Counted from the first letter of the stretch, positions 55,768-64,000 are shown. The stretch: 64,000 nt of DNA from Caulobacteraceae bacterium (GCA_031379735.1 JANNFK010000031.1:162-64161); one strand, 5' to 3'. The notes: generated by a model from the sequence alone, not told the origin. Made by a program: numbers and translations.

Positions 55768-58230
55768 ATGATTGTCAGCTCTTTGATGCGCAAGGCGCGC
55801 GTTTTGCTGTGCGCCGTTGGATTCGGATTGTTCGCGGCGACGAGCGCGGCTCAGGAGGGGCAGCAATCGTCCAACGAATTTCGCGAATACGCGATGGAGC
55901 AGCTACGCCGCGGTCGACTGCCCGGCGCAATTCGTCAATTAGAAGCACTCGTCGCGAACCCGCCTGCCCACGCCAACTCTCTCGATCGCGCGTCCTTTCC
56001 TGTGGATCTGATCGAGCTTTACGCGATCGAGGCGCAGTTTGAAGGCAGATTGTCGGGACCAGCGACAGATCGACGAGTCGATGAGCTTTATCGGCAGGCT
56101 CTGCATTTCAACCCGCCGGAACTCGCCTATCAGGTTGAGAGCACGTACGCTTACTATCTGAACGTTACCGATCAAACCGGCGCGGCGATGCAACATTTTC
56201 GGACCGCGCTGCGTGATCCGAATATGTCTCAAGACCCCGGCTCCGAATATGCCGCGCTCGGCCAAATCGCCGCGGCCTATATGGACATGGGCAATTTCGA
56301 CTATGCGGCGGCGGCGCTGGCGCGCGCCCGCGCGGTCGAGTCACGCCTGCCGGCGGCGATACGCACCGATGCCCATCTCACGTTGTCGCCGCTGGAAATG
56401 AGCCTACTGCTCAGTCAGGGCAACCCGGCGGCGCTGAGTGCGCTGGCCCGCGCAGATCAAATTCTCATCCGTTCGAACGCTGTCACTGCCGAGAAGAGGG
56501 TGCAGGCCAGCATCGCTCAGCTGATCTACCTAAACCAAATCCATGACGAGCAAGCGGCGCAGCAAGCGGAAACAATCGTACGTGAGAATGCAGCCCGAGG
56601 CTTGCCGAGCGAAATTCGCGATCAAGTTCCCGCGTCCATGCGCCGAGACCTTGCGAACGCTATCGTCGATTGCCTGACATTGGTGGTCGGCAATCCTGAA
56701 ACTCTCGCCGCCGACCCAAACTACTCATCGAGGCTGAGCACATGCGAACAAGTCGGCCTCAACATGCCCGCCATGCAAGGACAATTGCGCGCAACGCCGG
56801 CGCTTGTTCTGGAGCGCCAGGGAAGAGATGGCGAAGCGACACGCATTTACGAAGATATGATCAGTCATGCTGAGCGTTCGCGAGAGAGTTTCGACGTTGC
56901 GCAGCGCCAGGCATTTTTTGCGGGCCGCTGGCGTGTGCCCTATGACGGGTTGACGCGCATCGACACGCGCGCCTTCCTGAGACAGAACTACATTTCTTCT
57001 TTCATGCGGGCGTTGATCGACGTCGATCGCACGCGCGCTCGTCAGTTCGGTGAATTGCGCGGCGACCACGCAGACTTTGGTACGCCGGAATCGATTGGGG
57101 CATTTGTCCGTTCTCTGCCATTGGGGACAGCCGTCGTCGTGTTGTCCAGTCACGATAGTGAACAGATGGCGTTTGGCTTCACGCAGACGATGCGGCGCGC
57201 CGCCATCATCCCCATCACCGCCAGCTCGCTCAATGCGCGCGTCAACACGGTGCGCGGCCTGCTGGAGGATGCGGACGCCGACCTTCCGGCGATCGACGAA
57301 CATATGGACGCGCTCTCGCGCGACGCGCTGGGGTCGGTTCGCGATGTGTTGGCCGGAGCAACGGACATCATCGTTATCGTCGACGGGCCGTTGGCGCGCG
57401 TTCCGTTCAACCTGTTTACAGCCGCGGACAACGCGCCATTCATTGGAGACACGGCGAACGTTTCCTACCGGCTCTCGCTCCGCGCCTTACGCTCGGAACG
57501 CCGCACTGCAACGGGACGTGGTCTGTTTGCCGTTGGCGGAGCGCACTATCCCGATGCGCCTCCAGCCATCCCGCTTGATGACAATGTTGGTCTGGAGCGC
57601 ATCGATGCTTATCGCGGCGTCATAGACCTTCGCCCGCTGCCTTTCACACGCGCCGAGGCAATACGTCTTGGCGCCAGTTTCGATCCGAGCGCCGCCGCGC
57701 CGGCTTTGAATGATCAATCCTCTCGCGGGGTTTCGGGAGCGGGCATGCGCGTCTTGTTAGGAGACGCCGCAACAGAAGCAGCTGTGAGACGCAGCATAGT
57801 CGAAGCACGCTATGTGCATCTGGGTTCGCACGGCCTGTTGGCGGGCACGTACGGCCTGGTTGAGCCCGCCATCGTATTGAGCGCGGGCGACGGCGAGGAC
57901 GGCTTTTTGACGGTCAGTGAAATCGCGTCGCTACGTATGAGCGCCGAACTCACCGTGCTTTCAGCGTGTTCGAGCGGCGACGGGCGTGTCGTGGCAGGCG
58001 AAGGCGCGATCAGTCTAGCGCGCGCCTTCTTGATCGCGGGAAGCCGTGATGTGCTGGTGTCGATGTGGCAAATAAACGATGCGAAAACATCAGACTGGAT
58101 GGCGGACTTTTACGAGCGCTTGCACGCTGGAGCCCTACCCGCAGTCGCGCTGCGCGAAACAAACACATACATGCGCCAGACGGTGTCCGAGCCAAAGTTC
58201 TGGGCGCCGTTTATTCTCGTCTCAGGCTGA
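55768..58230 (+). CDS. Exported TPR-like / CHAT domain (caspase-fold) protease
   Basis: GGGGAG lies upstream of ATG 55768. Sec signal MRKARVLLCAVGFGLFAATSAAQ. The helical-repeat region is about 500 aa. The C-terminal CHAT domain has a His (YVHLGSHGLL) and Cys (LTVLSACSSGDG) dyad and the typical tail FWAPFILVSG. Confidence 0.75.
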   Translation: MIVSSLMRKARVLLCAVGFGLFAATSAAQEGQQSSNEFREYAMEQLRRGRLPGAIRQLEALVANPPAHANSLDRASFPVDLIELYAIEAQFEGRLSGPATDRRVDELYRQALHFNPPELAYQVESTYAYYLNVTDQTGAAMQHFRTALRDPNMSQDPGSEYAALGQIAAAYMDMGNFDYAAAALARARAVESRLPAAIRTDAHLTLSPLEMSLLLSQGNPAALSALARADQILIRSNAVTAEKRVQASIAQLIYLNQIHDEQAAQQAETIVRENAARGLPSEIRDQVPASMRRDLANAIVDCLTLVVGNPETLAADPNYSSRLSTCEQVGLNMPAMQGQLRATPALVLERQGRDGEATRIYEDMISHAERSRESFDVAQRQAFFAGRWRVPYDGLTRIDTRAFLRQNYISSFMRALIDVDRTRARQFGELRGDHADFGTPESIGAFVRSLPLGTAVVVLSSHDSEQMAFGFTQTMRRAAIIPITASSLNARVNTVRGLLEDADADLPAIDEHMDALSRDALGSVRDVLAGATDIIVIVDGPLARVPFNLFTAADNAPFIGDTANVSYRLSLRALRSERRTATGRGLFAVGGAHYPDAPPAIPLDDNVGLERIDAYRGVIDLRPLPFTRAEAIRLGASFDPSAAAPALNDQSSRGVSGAGMRVLLGDAATEAAVRRSIVEARYVHLGSHGLLAGTYGLVEPAIVLSAGDGEDGFLTVSEIASLRMSAELTVLSACSSGDGRVVAGEGAISLARAFLIAGSRDVLVSMWQINDAKTSDWMADFYERLHAGALPAVALRETNTYMRQTVSEPKFWAPFILVSG

Positions 58231-58914
58231 CGGCCAGGTGCAAGACGGTTGCAAGGCGCAACCGCTCCCGCTTTGCCCGTTAGCGCGCGAGCACGTCACA
58301 TCGCAACTAGCCGTCCGCATCAGCAGCTGATCGCTTCGACCGAGCCGCATGTCTGCTTCTCTGGGATATTCACGCGCGCCTCCGACAGCCCACCCGCGCC
58401 GCCGGCAGGTCGCATTCAATACAAGTAGGGGTGCGCGGCCAACGGTCTGCCGGCGCTCGCGGCATAACCGTCTGCGCGACGCAGGAGCGGTAAGGCGCCC
58501 GAAAAGATTGTGAGGACGATGCGATGTGATGGCGAACCGGTCAGATTCGGCATAATAATCCGAGCGGGTGTCGACGATGTAGACGACATCGCCAGCACTG
58601 AGACGTACGCCGCCAGCTTCTCGCGCACGCAAAACGATTCCGCGGATCGGCCGCATTCGATAATGATTGCCGACCCAACCGACCCATTCTCCGGCGGTCG
58701 TCGAGCCGATCACCGTCGCGTCTGGATGCGGCCGATCCCGAAGTTCGACGGCGGCATCGGCCCGCATATCGGGGCAGTCGCCGTCTGCACATGTGTTGTC
58801 CTCTGGTTCGTAGAAACCGTTCACGACGGGCGGCCCGCCGTCGGGCAAGAATTCCGGGGCTTGTTGCGCGCCGGTGCGGGGAGACCCTCCCTCCGATCGA
58901 TCAATTTCAATCAA
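58222..58914 (-). CDS. Hypothetical ORF; the N-terminal half is possibly SH3-like and the C-terminal half looks non-protein-like
   Basis: The segment ELRDRPHPDATVIGSTTAGEWVGWVGNHYRMRPIRGIVLRAREAGGVRLSAGDVVYIVD has a bacterial-SH3 flavour. The last 100 or so residues are Arg/Cys-rich, and the ORF overlaps the CHAT stop. The real extent is uncertain. Confidence 0.3.
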   Translation of the reverse strand: MIEIDRSEGGSPRTGAQQAPEFLPDGGPPVVNGFYEPEDNTCADGDCPDMRADAAVELRDRPHPDATVIGSTTAGEWVGWVGNHYRMRPIRGIVLRAREAGGVRLSAGDVVYIVDTRSDYYAESDRFAITSHRPHNLFGRLTAPASRRRLCRERRQTVGRAPLLVLNATCRRRGWAVGGAREYPREADMRLGRSDQLLMRTASCDVTCSRANGQSGSGCALQPSCTWPSA

Positions 58915-58983
58915 TGGCGTGGCCGACCCAAGTCGGTCAGTGGCTTAGCACGGCGCAACCGGTCGCCGACACCGGCCATTCGG

Positions 58984-60186
58984 CTACGCGTTTTTGAACC
59001 GCGCGGCTTCTTCCGAACCACCGGTGGCGTCGCCGGCGCTGTAGGAATGCGCGCCCGCGCCAGCTAGTTTACCCTCGGCGACGATTAGATACTCGTCACG
59101 GATTGGGCGACCGTCAAAATAGCATTCGAGGATTTCGCGCACGCCCGCCGCGTAGCGCGTCTGCGCCGACAGCGAAGTACCGGAGATATGCGGCGTCATG
59201 CCGTGATGCGGCATCGTACGCCAGGGATGATCCCTCGGCGCCGGCTGCGGGAACCATACGTCACCGGCGTAACCAGCAAGGTGTCCGCTTTTCAATGCCC
59301 GCACGATAGCGTCGCGATCGGCGATCTTGCCGCGCGCGGTATTGATCAGATAAGCACCGCGCTTCATCCGCGCGATAAGCTTATCGTCAAATAGATGCTC
59401 TGTTTCCGGATGCAGTGGACAATTGATGGTAACGACGTCGCAATGGGGAACCATGTCGGCGGCGCTGGAGTGGAAAGTGAGGCCGATTTCATCCTCCACG
59501 TTTTTCGGCAAGCGGTGACGATCCGTATAATGCAGCTTCACGTCGAACGGCTTCATCCGCCTCAGCACGGCGAGCCCGATGCGCCCCGCCGCTACAGTGC
59601 CGATTGACATGCCCTCGACATCATACGAACGCGCCGCGCAATCGGCGATGTCCCAACCGCCATCGAGCACAACTTGGTGCGACGGGATATAATTACGCAC
59701 CAGGCCGAGGATCATCATCACGACGTGCTCGGCGACGCTGATGGAATTGCAGAACGTCACCTCGGCCACCGTCAGCCCGCGATCCATCGCCGCCTGCAGA
59801 TCGACGTGATCGGATCCGATGCCGGCGGTGATCGCCATTTTTAGGTTTCTCGCCTTGGCGATCCGCTCCTTGGTCAGATAGGCTGGCCAGAAGGGCTGCG
59901 AGATCACGATGTCGGCGTCGGACAATTCGCTATCGAACTTAGAATCGGCGCCGTCCTTGTCGCTGGTGACAACGAACTTATGGCCACCGGCTTCCAGGAA
60001 TTTGCGTAAGCCCAATTCGCCGGACACAGAGCCCAACAGCGCACCCGGCTTGAAATCGATCGCCTTTGGCGTCGGCAGTGACTGCCCATCGGGATATTTA
60101 TCGAGTTTCGGCAGGTCGTCGCGCGCGTAGCTCTTAGGATAAACGCCAGCCGGATCATCATAGAGAACGCACACTATCTTGGCCAT
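58984..60186 (-). CDS. fdh: NAD-dependent formate dehydrogenase (D-2-hydroxyacid dehydrogenase family)
   Basis: 400 aa. The N-terminus is MAKIVCVLYDDPAGVYPKSYARDDLPKLDKYPDGQSLPTPKAIDFKPG. The patterns PFWPAYLTKERI, AGIGSDHVDL, VAAGRIG and the MTPHISGTSL context are classical for soluble FDH. A strong SD (AGGAGGAA) lies upstream. Confidence 0.9.
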   Translation of the reverse strand: MAKIVCVLYDDPAGVYPKSYARDDLPKLDKYPDGQSLPTPKAIDFKPGALLGSVSGELGLRKFLEAGGHKFVVTSDKDGADSKFDSELSDADIVISQPFWPAYLTKERIAKARNLKMAITAGIGSDHVDLQAAMDRGLTVAEVTFCNSISVAEHVVMMILGLVRNYIPSHQVVLDGGWDIADCAARSYDVEGMSIGTVAAGRIGLAVLRRMKPFDVKLHYTDRHRLPKNVEDEIGLTFHSSAADMVPHCDVVTINCPLHPETEHLFDDKLIARMKRGAYLINTARGKIADRDAIVRALKSGHLAGYAGDVWFPQPAPRDHPWRTMPHHGMTPHISGTSLSAQTRYAAGVREILECYFDGRPIRDEYLIVAEGKLAGAGAHSYSAGDATGGSEEAARFKNA

Positions 60187-60352
60187 CGACGGTTCCTCCT
60201 ATGGCCCGTCACCCTGCGCTCAGGAGCGGCCTGCGTCCATTCTCATAACAAGCGGCAGTGCCGGCAAGAACGGGGGCCGGCTGATAAGCCGATGGTCCCA
60301 AGCAGCGATCGACAACGTCGCTCTAAACCAGTCATTCAACTGTTATGCGCCG

Positions 60353-60374
60353 GCACGGCGGAAGGTCGCCGTGC
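60353..60374. terminator. Perfect 8-bp hairpin between the TIR-WD40 stop and the fdh start
   Basis: GCACGGCG (60353-60360), loop GAAGGT, CGCCGTGC (60367-60374). There is no U-run, so a role as terminator or processing site is only positional inference. Confidence 0.3.
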
Positions 60375-60424
60375 GCAGGCATATCTCAGCGCGCATGACC
60401 GCTGCATTTGCGCGCGGCGAAGCT

Positions 60425-63400
60425 TTACGAGCGTGCACCGGCGAACGCTTCCCTGAAAGCAGCCGCGAGCTCATCGACCAATGTGGGCCTACGGCACACA
60501 TCCACGCCCTCACTCGCGCGCAAAGCAGGCGCGCTCTCGACATCGCGCCTCTGCACTTGGCGCAGATTGACGCTCTGCTCCGTCAGCACGCCTTCTTGGT
60601 TTCTCTGGCCCAACGTATGACGTGCGAGATTCTGAGAGCACACCGTTTCGATGAGCGCTTCACCATGCAGGTTGGCGGCGATCCCAATATTCCAAAGCCG
60701 CACCGCCCCATGTTCGCCGCCGGCGGCGAGCCACTGGCCGTCGCGCGACAGCGCAAGTCTCGCCGAGCCGACATTGTGGCGGAGCGCAGCGCCGACTTGC
60801 GTACCGCTTCGCGTATCCCAGATGTGGATATTGCCCTCGGCGGATCCAGTCGATGCATTGCTGGCGAGGAGCACCCTCGATCCGTCGATCGAAAACATAA
60901 AATCGGTCGTCAAGAGATCGCCGCCGTTGAAGTTTGCAATGGCTGTCGTGGCGCCGAGGTTCCACACCGCGCCCATGCTGCCCAGACTCGCCGCACCAAT
61001 GTGCGCGCCATCGGGTGAGAACACGATATGGTCTGCGCGAGCGAGAATTCTTCGTCCGTCCCGCATGTCCGAGAGAATTCGGTCCGTTCGAAAATGATCG
61101 TCGGCGGAGCGCACGATCGGCGCATAGTTGGATTCTTCAGTACCTGATCGATCCGCACGGGCAAAAGCCGCAAAGCGACCGTCCGGTGAGAAGATTGCGT
61201 GGGGCAGATGTGCAATCCCTTCCTCACCTGTTTCCGTGCTGAGCCGCAGCACGGCGCCTTCGTTGCTAAAGGTCACCCAGGCGCCGTCGGCGGAGAACGC
61301 AATTTCGTAATAGCCGCCCTCTCCGGCGGGACGCTCAAACAGCACGCGGCGACCGGCGATGTCGATGAGGCGATAGCTGCCGCCCTGCACGAGAGCGAGT
61401 TTGCGTCCATCGGGTGACACGGCGATCTCTTCGGCGCCTCCGCCCAGCACCGCGATGCGCGAGAGCGTGCTTGAAGCCGACCAGATCGTGACATTCTGCG
61501 CATTCGCCGTGGCGACCACATCGCCGCGCCGCGAAGCGGAGATGCGCGTCGCATCGATGGGCGCCGCCACCAGCGCGCCGGTCTCGGCGCTGCGCAAATA
61601 AGCGTGCGGCGGCGAGGACGACAATAAAAGGCCGTCGCCAACGAAAGCCAGCGCATACACAAAATCGTCGCCGCTTTGCGCCTCGAGCCGCAGAGCGTCC
61701 ACACCCGGATTTCGTGCCGCGATGACCTGGAGCTCTCCGCTCGCAAGCGCCGCGGCGAGTTGGGCGCCGTCTGGTGAAAAGGCGAGCGCGTTCGCGCCGC
61801 TGATCGTGTGGATGGGCGGCCCGATCTGATCGCCGCGCGCGACGTCCCACAAGCGAACGACGCCTTCCGATCTCAGGATGTCCCGCTCCGTCACCGCCAG
61901 CACATGCCCGTCTGGACTGAAGGCCATCCCAAACCCCATGCCGCCGGAGCGATAGTCGTCATGCTGCAGTGTTGGACTGCGCTGGCGTCCGTCTAAACCC
62001 CAAATCACCACGTCATGTTCATAGTTCGCGAGCGCGATCGCGTCGCCGGCGGGCGCGACCGCCATCGTCTGAATCTGCTGCTCGATGTTCGCGATACGGG
62101 AACGGGCGGCGCCGCTGTGTGCGCTCCAAAGTCTCACCTCCCCTTCGACGGCGCCGACGATGGTCTCACCGTCGCTGCCGAAAGCAGGATCGCGGGCGTT
62201 CAACTCAGCGATCAGCGCGCCGCTCGTCACATCATGAAGTGCGCTGGCGCCGCCGGGGAATTCTTGCGTGATCAGCAGGCGGGCGCTGTCACGCGAGAAA
62301 GCGATTCGTTCGCCGCCGCGCGTTTCGACTTGACGTACGAGCGACCAGTCCGCCGTGCTCCACAGGCGCAAGATCCGGTTGCTCAAGGTCGCCAGCCGCG
62401 CCCCGTCGGGGGAAAACGCCACGGCCTGCACCGGATTTTGATGCGCCAGGTCGGCGCTAATCTGCTGCAGCGTTTGGGCGTCCCATAGGCGCACGACACG
62501 GTCTTCGCCGCCCGTGGCGATGACCCCGCCATCAGGCGCATAGGCGACCGCATAGGCGCCGGCGCCGTGCGCAGCGATCTCGCCCACGCGCCTTTCATCC
62601 TTGGCCACCGAGGCCAGCGCGATCTCGGCCTCGGGCGCCGCGCGCGCGATAAAACCGGAACGCGCCGCCACCAACGCAAGGCGCAACGCGCGCAGGTGAA
62701 AACCAGAGGCTAGCGCTTGGCGCGCCCCGACGGCGAGCTCCTGCGACCTTTGGTAAGAGGCGCGTCGCGATTGATCGATGACGAAGACGGAGAGCGACAC
62801 GCCAATCAAAGCCAACGCCGCGAACAGTCCTCCGGCGAGGCTTGCGACCCGCGCACGCTGGCGCCGCTTCTCACGCCCCCACAATTCGTCGAATGGCGCG
62901 CCAAGCAAACCCGCTGCTAGACGTACGCGCGCTTTGTCGCTCGCGTGACCCTGCAAGGGAATGGCCAAGGGCTCCGCGCGCCGGTCCGTCAGATTTCCTT
63001 CGGCGTCGGTCTCATAGCGCAAGCCCGGCGGAAAACATTCCTCGGCGCGTTCCGCTTCGCTAGCGGCATCCGATGCATGAGGCGAACCATCGACGATCAC
63101 GGCAAACACGCGTTCGGCGCGGCCCGTGCGCTTGAAATGCAGGATCTCGGACTGCACCCATTTCGACCGCGCCGACGCCGGCGAACACACGACGATCAGG
63201 CTCTCGGCGTCCTCGATGGCGCCCCTTAAGGCTGCGCCCAGATCGGTGGCCGCGCCCATTTCGTCATCGTCGCGAAAGAAACGCCCCAGCCGCCGCGTCT
63301 TCGCATCGACGCGTTCGGCTGCGACGCCCTTCGGCACGCGATAGGCTTCAAGCCACTTGTGCAGCCGCTGCGCGAACGGCTTGTCGACCTGCGAGTAGCT

Positions 63401-63445
63401 GATGAAGCCGCGATAGCGCTTCGCTTGACCCATAGGCGCCCCCAC
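60425..63445 (-). CDS. TIR domain / single transmembrane helix / about 14-15 WD40-type beta-propeller blades
   Basis: The N-terminal TIR_2 pattern is YRGFISYSQVD...ESLIVVCSPASARSKWVQSEILHF...VFAVIVDG. A basic stretch REKRRQRAR is followed by the hydrophobic helix VASLAGGLFAALALIGVSLSVFVI (about 62777-62848). Repeated blade signatures follow (FSPDGARLATLS..LRLWS, FSPDGHVLAV..VRLWDV, FSPDGAQLAAA, VSPDGRKLALV, FSADGAWVTFS, FSPDGRFAAFA, FSPDGAHIGAAS, LSRDGQWLAAGGEHGAVRLWNI and others). The start is GTG 63445 or ATG 63433. Confidence 0.8.
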   Translation of the reverse strand: MGAPMGQAKRYRGFISYSQVDKPFAQRLHKWLEAYRVPKGVAAERVDAKTRRLGRFFRDDDEMGAATDLGAALRGAIEDAESLIVVCSPASARSKWVQSEILHFKRTGRAERVFAVIVDGSPHASDAASEAERAEECFPPGLRYETDAEGNLTDRRAEPLAIPLQGHASDKARVRLAAGLLGAPFDELWGREKRRQRARVASLAGGLFAALALIGVSLSVFVIDQSRRASYQRSQELAVGARQALASGFHLRALRLALVAARSGFIARAAPEAEIALASVAKDERRVGEIAAHGAGAYAVAYAPDGGVIATGGEDRVVRLWDAQTLQQISADLAHQNPVQAVAFSPDGARLATLSNRILRLWSTADWSLVRQVETRGGERIAFSRDSARLLITQEFPGGASALHDVTSGALIAELNARDPAFGSDGETIVGAVEGEVRLWSAHSGAARSRIANIEQQIQTMAVAPAGDAIALANYEHDVVIWGLDGRQRSPTLQHDDYRSGGMGFGMAFSPDGHVLAVTERDILRSEGVVRLWDVARGDQIGPPIHTISGANALAFSPDGAQLAAALASGELQVIAARNPGVDALRLEAQSGDDFVYALAFVGDGLLLSSSPPHAYLRSAETGALVAAPIDATRISASRRGDVVATANAQNVTIWSASSTLSRIAVLGGGAEEIAVSPDGRKLALVQGGSYRLIDIAGRRVLFERPAGEGGYYEIAFSADGAWVTFSNEGAVLRLSTETGEEGIAHLPHAIFSPDGRFAAFARADRSGTEESNYAPIVRSADDHFRTDRILSDMRDGRRILARADHIVFSPDGAHIGAASLGSMGAVWNLGATTAIANFNGGDLLTTDFMFSIDGSRVLLASNASTGSAEGNIHIWDTRSGTQVGAALRHNVGSARLALSRDGQWLAAGGEHGAVRLWNIGIAANLHGEALIETVCSQNLARHTLGQRNQEGVLTEQSVNLRQVQRRDVESAPALRASEGVDVCRRPTLVDELAAAFREAFAGARS

Positions 63446-63742
63446 AATTCAGCATATAGCACTTGTAAGCGTGCGGTAGCGGAAAACGATTTCGTCTGGA
63501 AATCCGAAGGCAAGGCCGGACTAATTATTTGATGTTCTTCGCAACTGCGGACCGTCGCTTTTGGGCCAGACCTGCGGCCTCCGACATTTCCTGCGAATGG
63601 CCGGCGCGCTCGGATCCTGCCGATGGCGCACTGCCCGCCAGAGCGGGACGCGATCGCCGTTGGCGGCCGTTGCGGTGTGCAACAATCGCGGCGACGAGAA
63701 TGTCCCCAAACGGATGCTTGCTCTGTAACTATGACTCTATGT

Positions 63743-64000
63743 TCAGGCCAACTGCCTCGGGGCGCGCTTACGCGGGTCAATATATTCTAGCCGCCAGGCG
63801 CCGAGGTGTTCCTGATTTGCGCCGACCCAGATCATATCGCCGGGGCGCCGTACGATATGACCCCAAGCGCCTGGGGCGCTTGCGATGGTACGCCCTGATG
63901 GACGTTCAATAATCCGAACTTCTGTACCATCACTTGACCCCCACAAGACCTTAGAACGAGGCGCACAAGCTAGGCTTGCCGCATCGCCCGCGCTTGCGTG
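63743..64000 (-). CDS. 3' end of an ORF that continues beyond the right edge of the window; function unknown
   Basis: The frame is open from base 64000 down to the stop at 63743 (...SLACAPRSKVLWGSSDGTEVRIIERPSGRTIASAPGAWGHIV...). Third-position GC is only moderate. It is weakly beta-propeller-like, with no firm family. Confidence 0.25.
   Translation of the reverse strand, partial: HASAGDAASLACAPRSKVLWGSSDGTEVRIIERPSGRTIASAPGAWGHIVRRPGDMIWVGANQEHLGAWRLEYIDPRKRAPRQLA

Noticed and set aside
53343-58914. Thoeris-type or other named TIR defence system
   Set aside because: I saw no ThsA-like SIR2, Macro or SLOG protein, no STING, no nuclease and no STAND NTPase next to either TIR gene. The region is therefore reported only as an unclassified neighbourhood.
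58984-60186. Formate dehydrogenase as a functional member of the TIR/CHAT neighbourhood
   Set aside because: It is a classical stand-alone metabolic enzyme with its own strong SD. Its position between the candidate genes argues, if anything, against a single system.
63226-63780. 184-aa ORF overlapping the start of the TIR-WD40 gene and the upstream intergenic region, plus the plus-strand ORF 63529-63912
   Set aside because: No family resemblance, an Arg-rich composition, and an overlap with the well-supported TIR N-terminus.
1-64000. CRISPR arrays, tRNA/rRNA genes, transposases, integrases, prophage modules and long direct or terminal inverted repeats
   Set aside because: I scanned the intergenic regions and ORF translations by eye and found no repeat-spacer periodicity, no cloverleaf-like segments and no recombinase-like proteins. 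Short or diverged repeats could easily be missed without a computational self-alignment.

Overview
High-GC bacterial chromosomal window. The flanking gene families suggest a proteobacterium, probably alphaproteobacterial, but that is inference. All calls come from reading the supplied ORF translations and the DNA by eye; no searches were run.

Layout, left to right:
1. 1-2.7 kb: the tail of a Csu/spore-coat-U type chaperone-usher pilus cluster. The usher reading frame is broken at a T6 run.
2. 2.7-15 kb: a lipoprotein M16 peptidase, a NodT / TetR / MFP / RND efflux locus, a PLP enzyme plus FAD oxidase pair, and a small membrane protein.
3. 15.3-48.0 kb: a very dense stack of amino-acid biosynthesis operons.
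- A compact his operon (TrpR/YerC-like gene, then hisG, a fused hisD-hisB, hisH, hisA, hisF, hisIE, hisC).
- A nine-gene sulfate-assimilation operon (cysI, DUF934-cysH, cysD, cysN, cobA, siroheme dehydrogenase/ferrochelatase, TSUP permease, fpr, cysK).
- A LysR regulator.
- A met operon (small ORF, metX, metB) behind a candidate SAM-II riboswitch.
- A nine-gene ilvD-ilvC-ilvG-ilvM-leuA-leuC-leuD-leuB-ilvE operon behind a Val/Leu/Ile-rich leader ORF and an intrinsic terminator (attenuator).
- proBA.
4. 48-52.6 kb: a TPR-sulfotransferase and a TonB-dependent receptor.
5. 52.6-64 kb: an accessory-looking region with a decayed hydrolase, an exported hypothetical protein, a TIR-only protein, a Tat-exported GH24-like muramidase, a Sec-exported TPR-CHAT caspase-like protease, an NAD-dependent formate dehydrogenase, and a 1006-aa TIR / transmembrane / WD40 protein.

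The TIR / CHAT / WD40 neighbourhood is the best candidate for an undescribed signalling or conflict system. Its membership is loose and is not one operon.

I saw no rRNA, tRNA, CRISPR array, transposase or integrase. The many long ORFs antisense to real genes are treated as high-GC artefacts.
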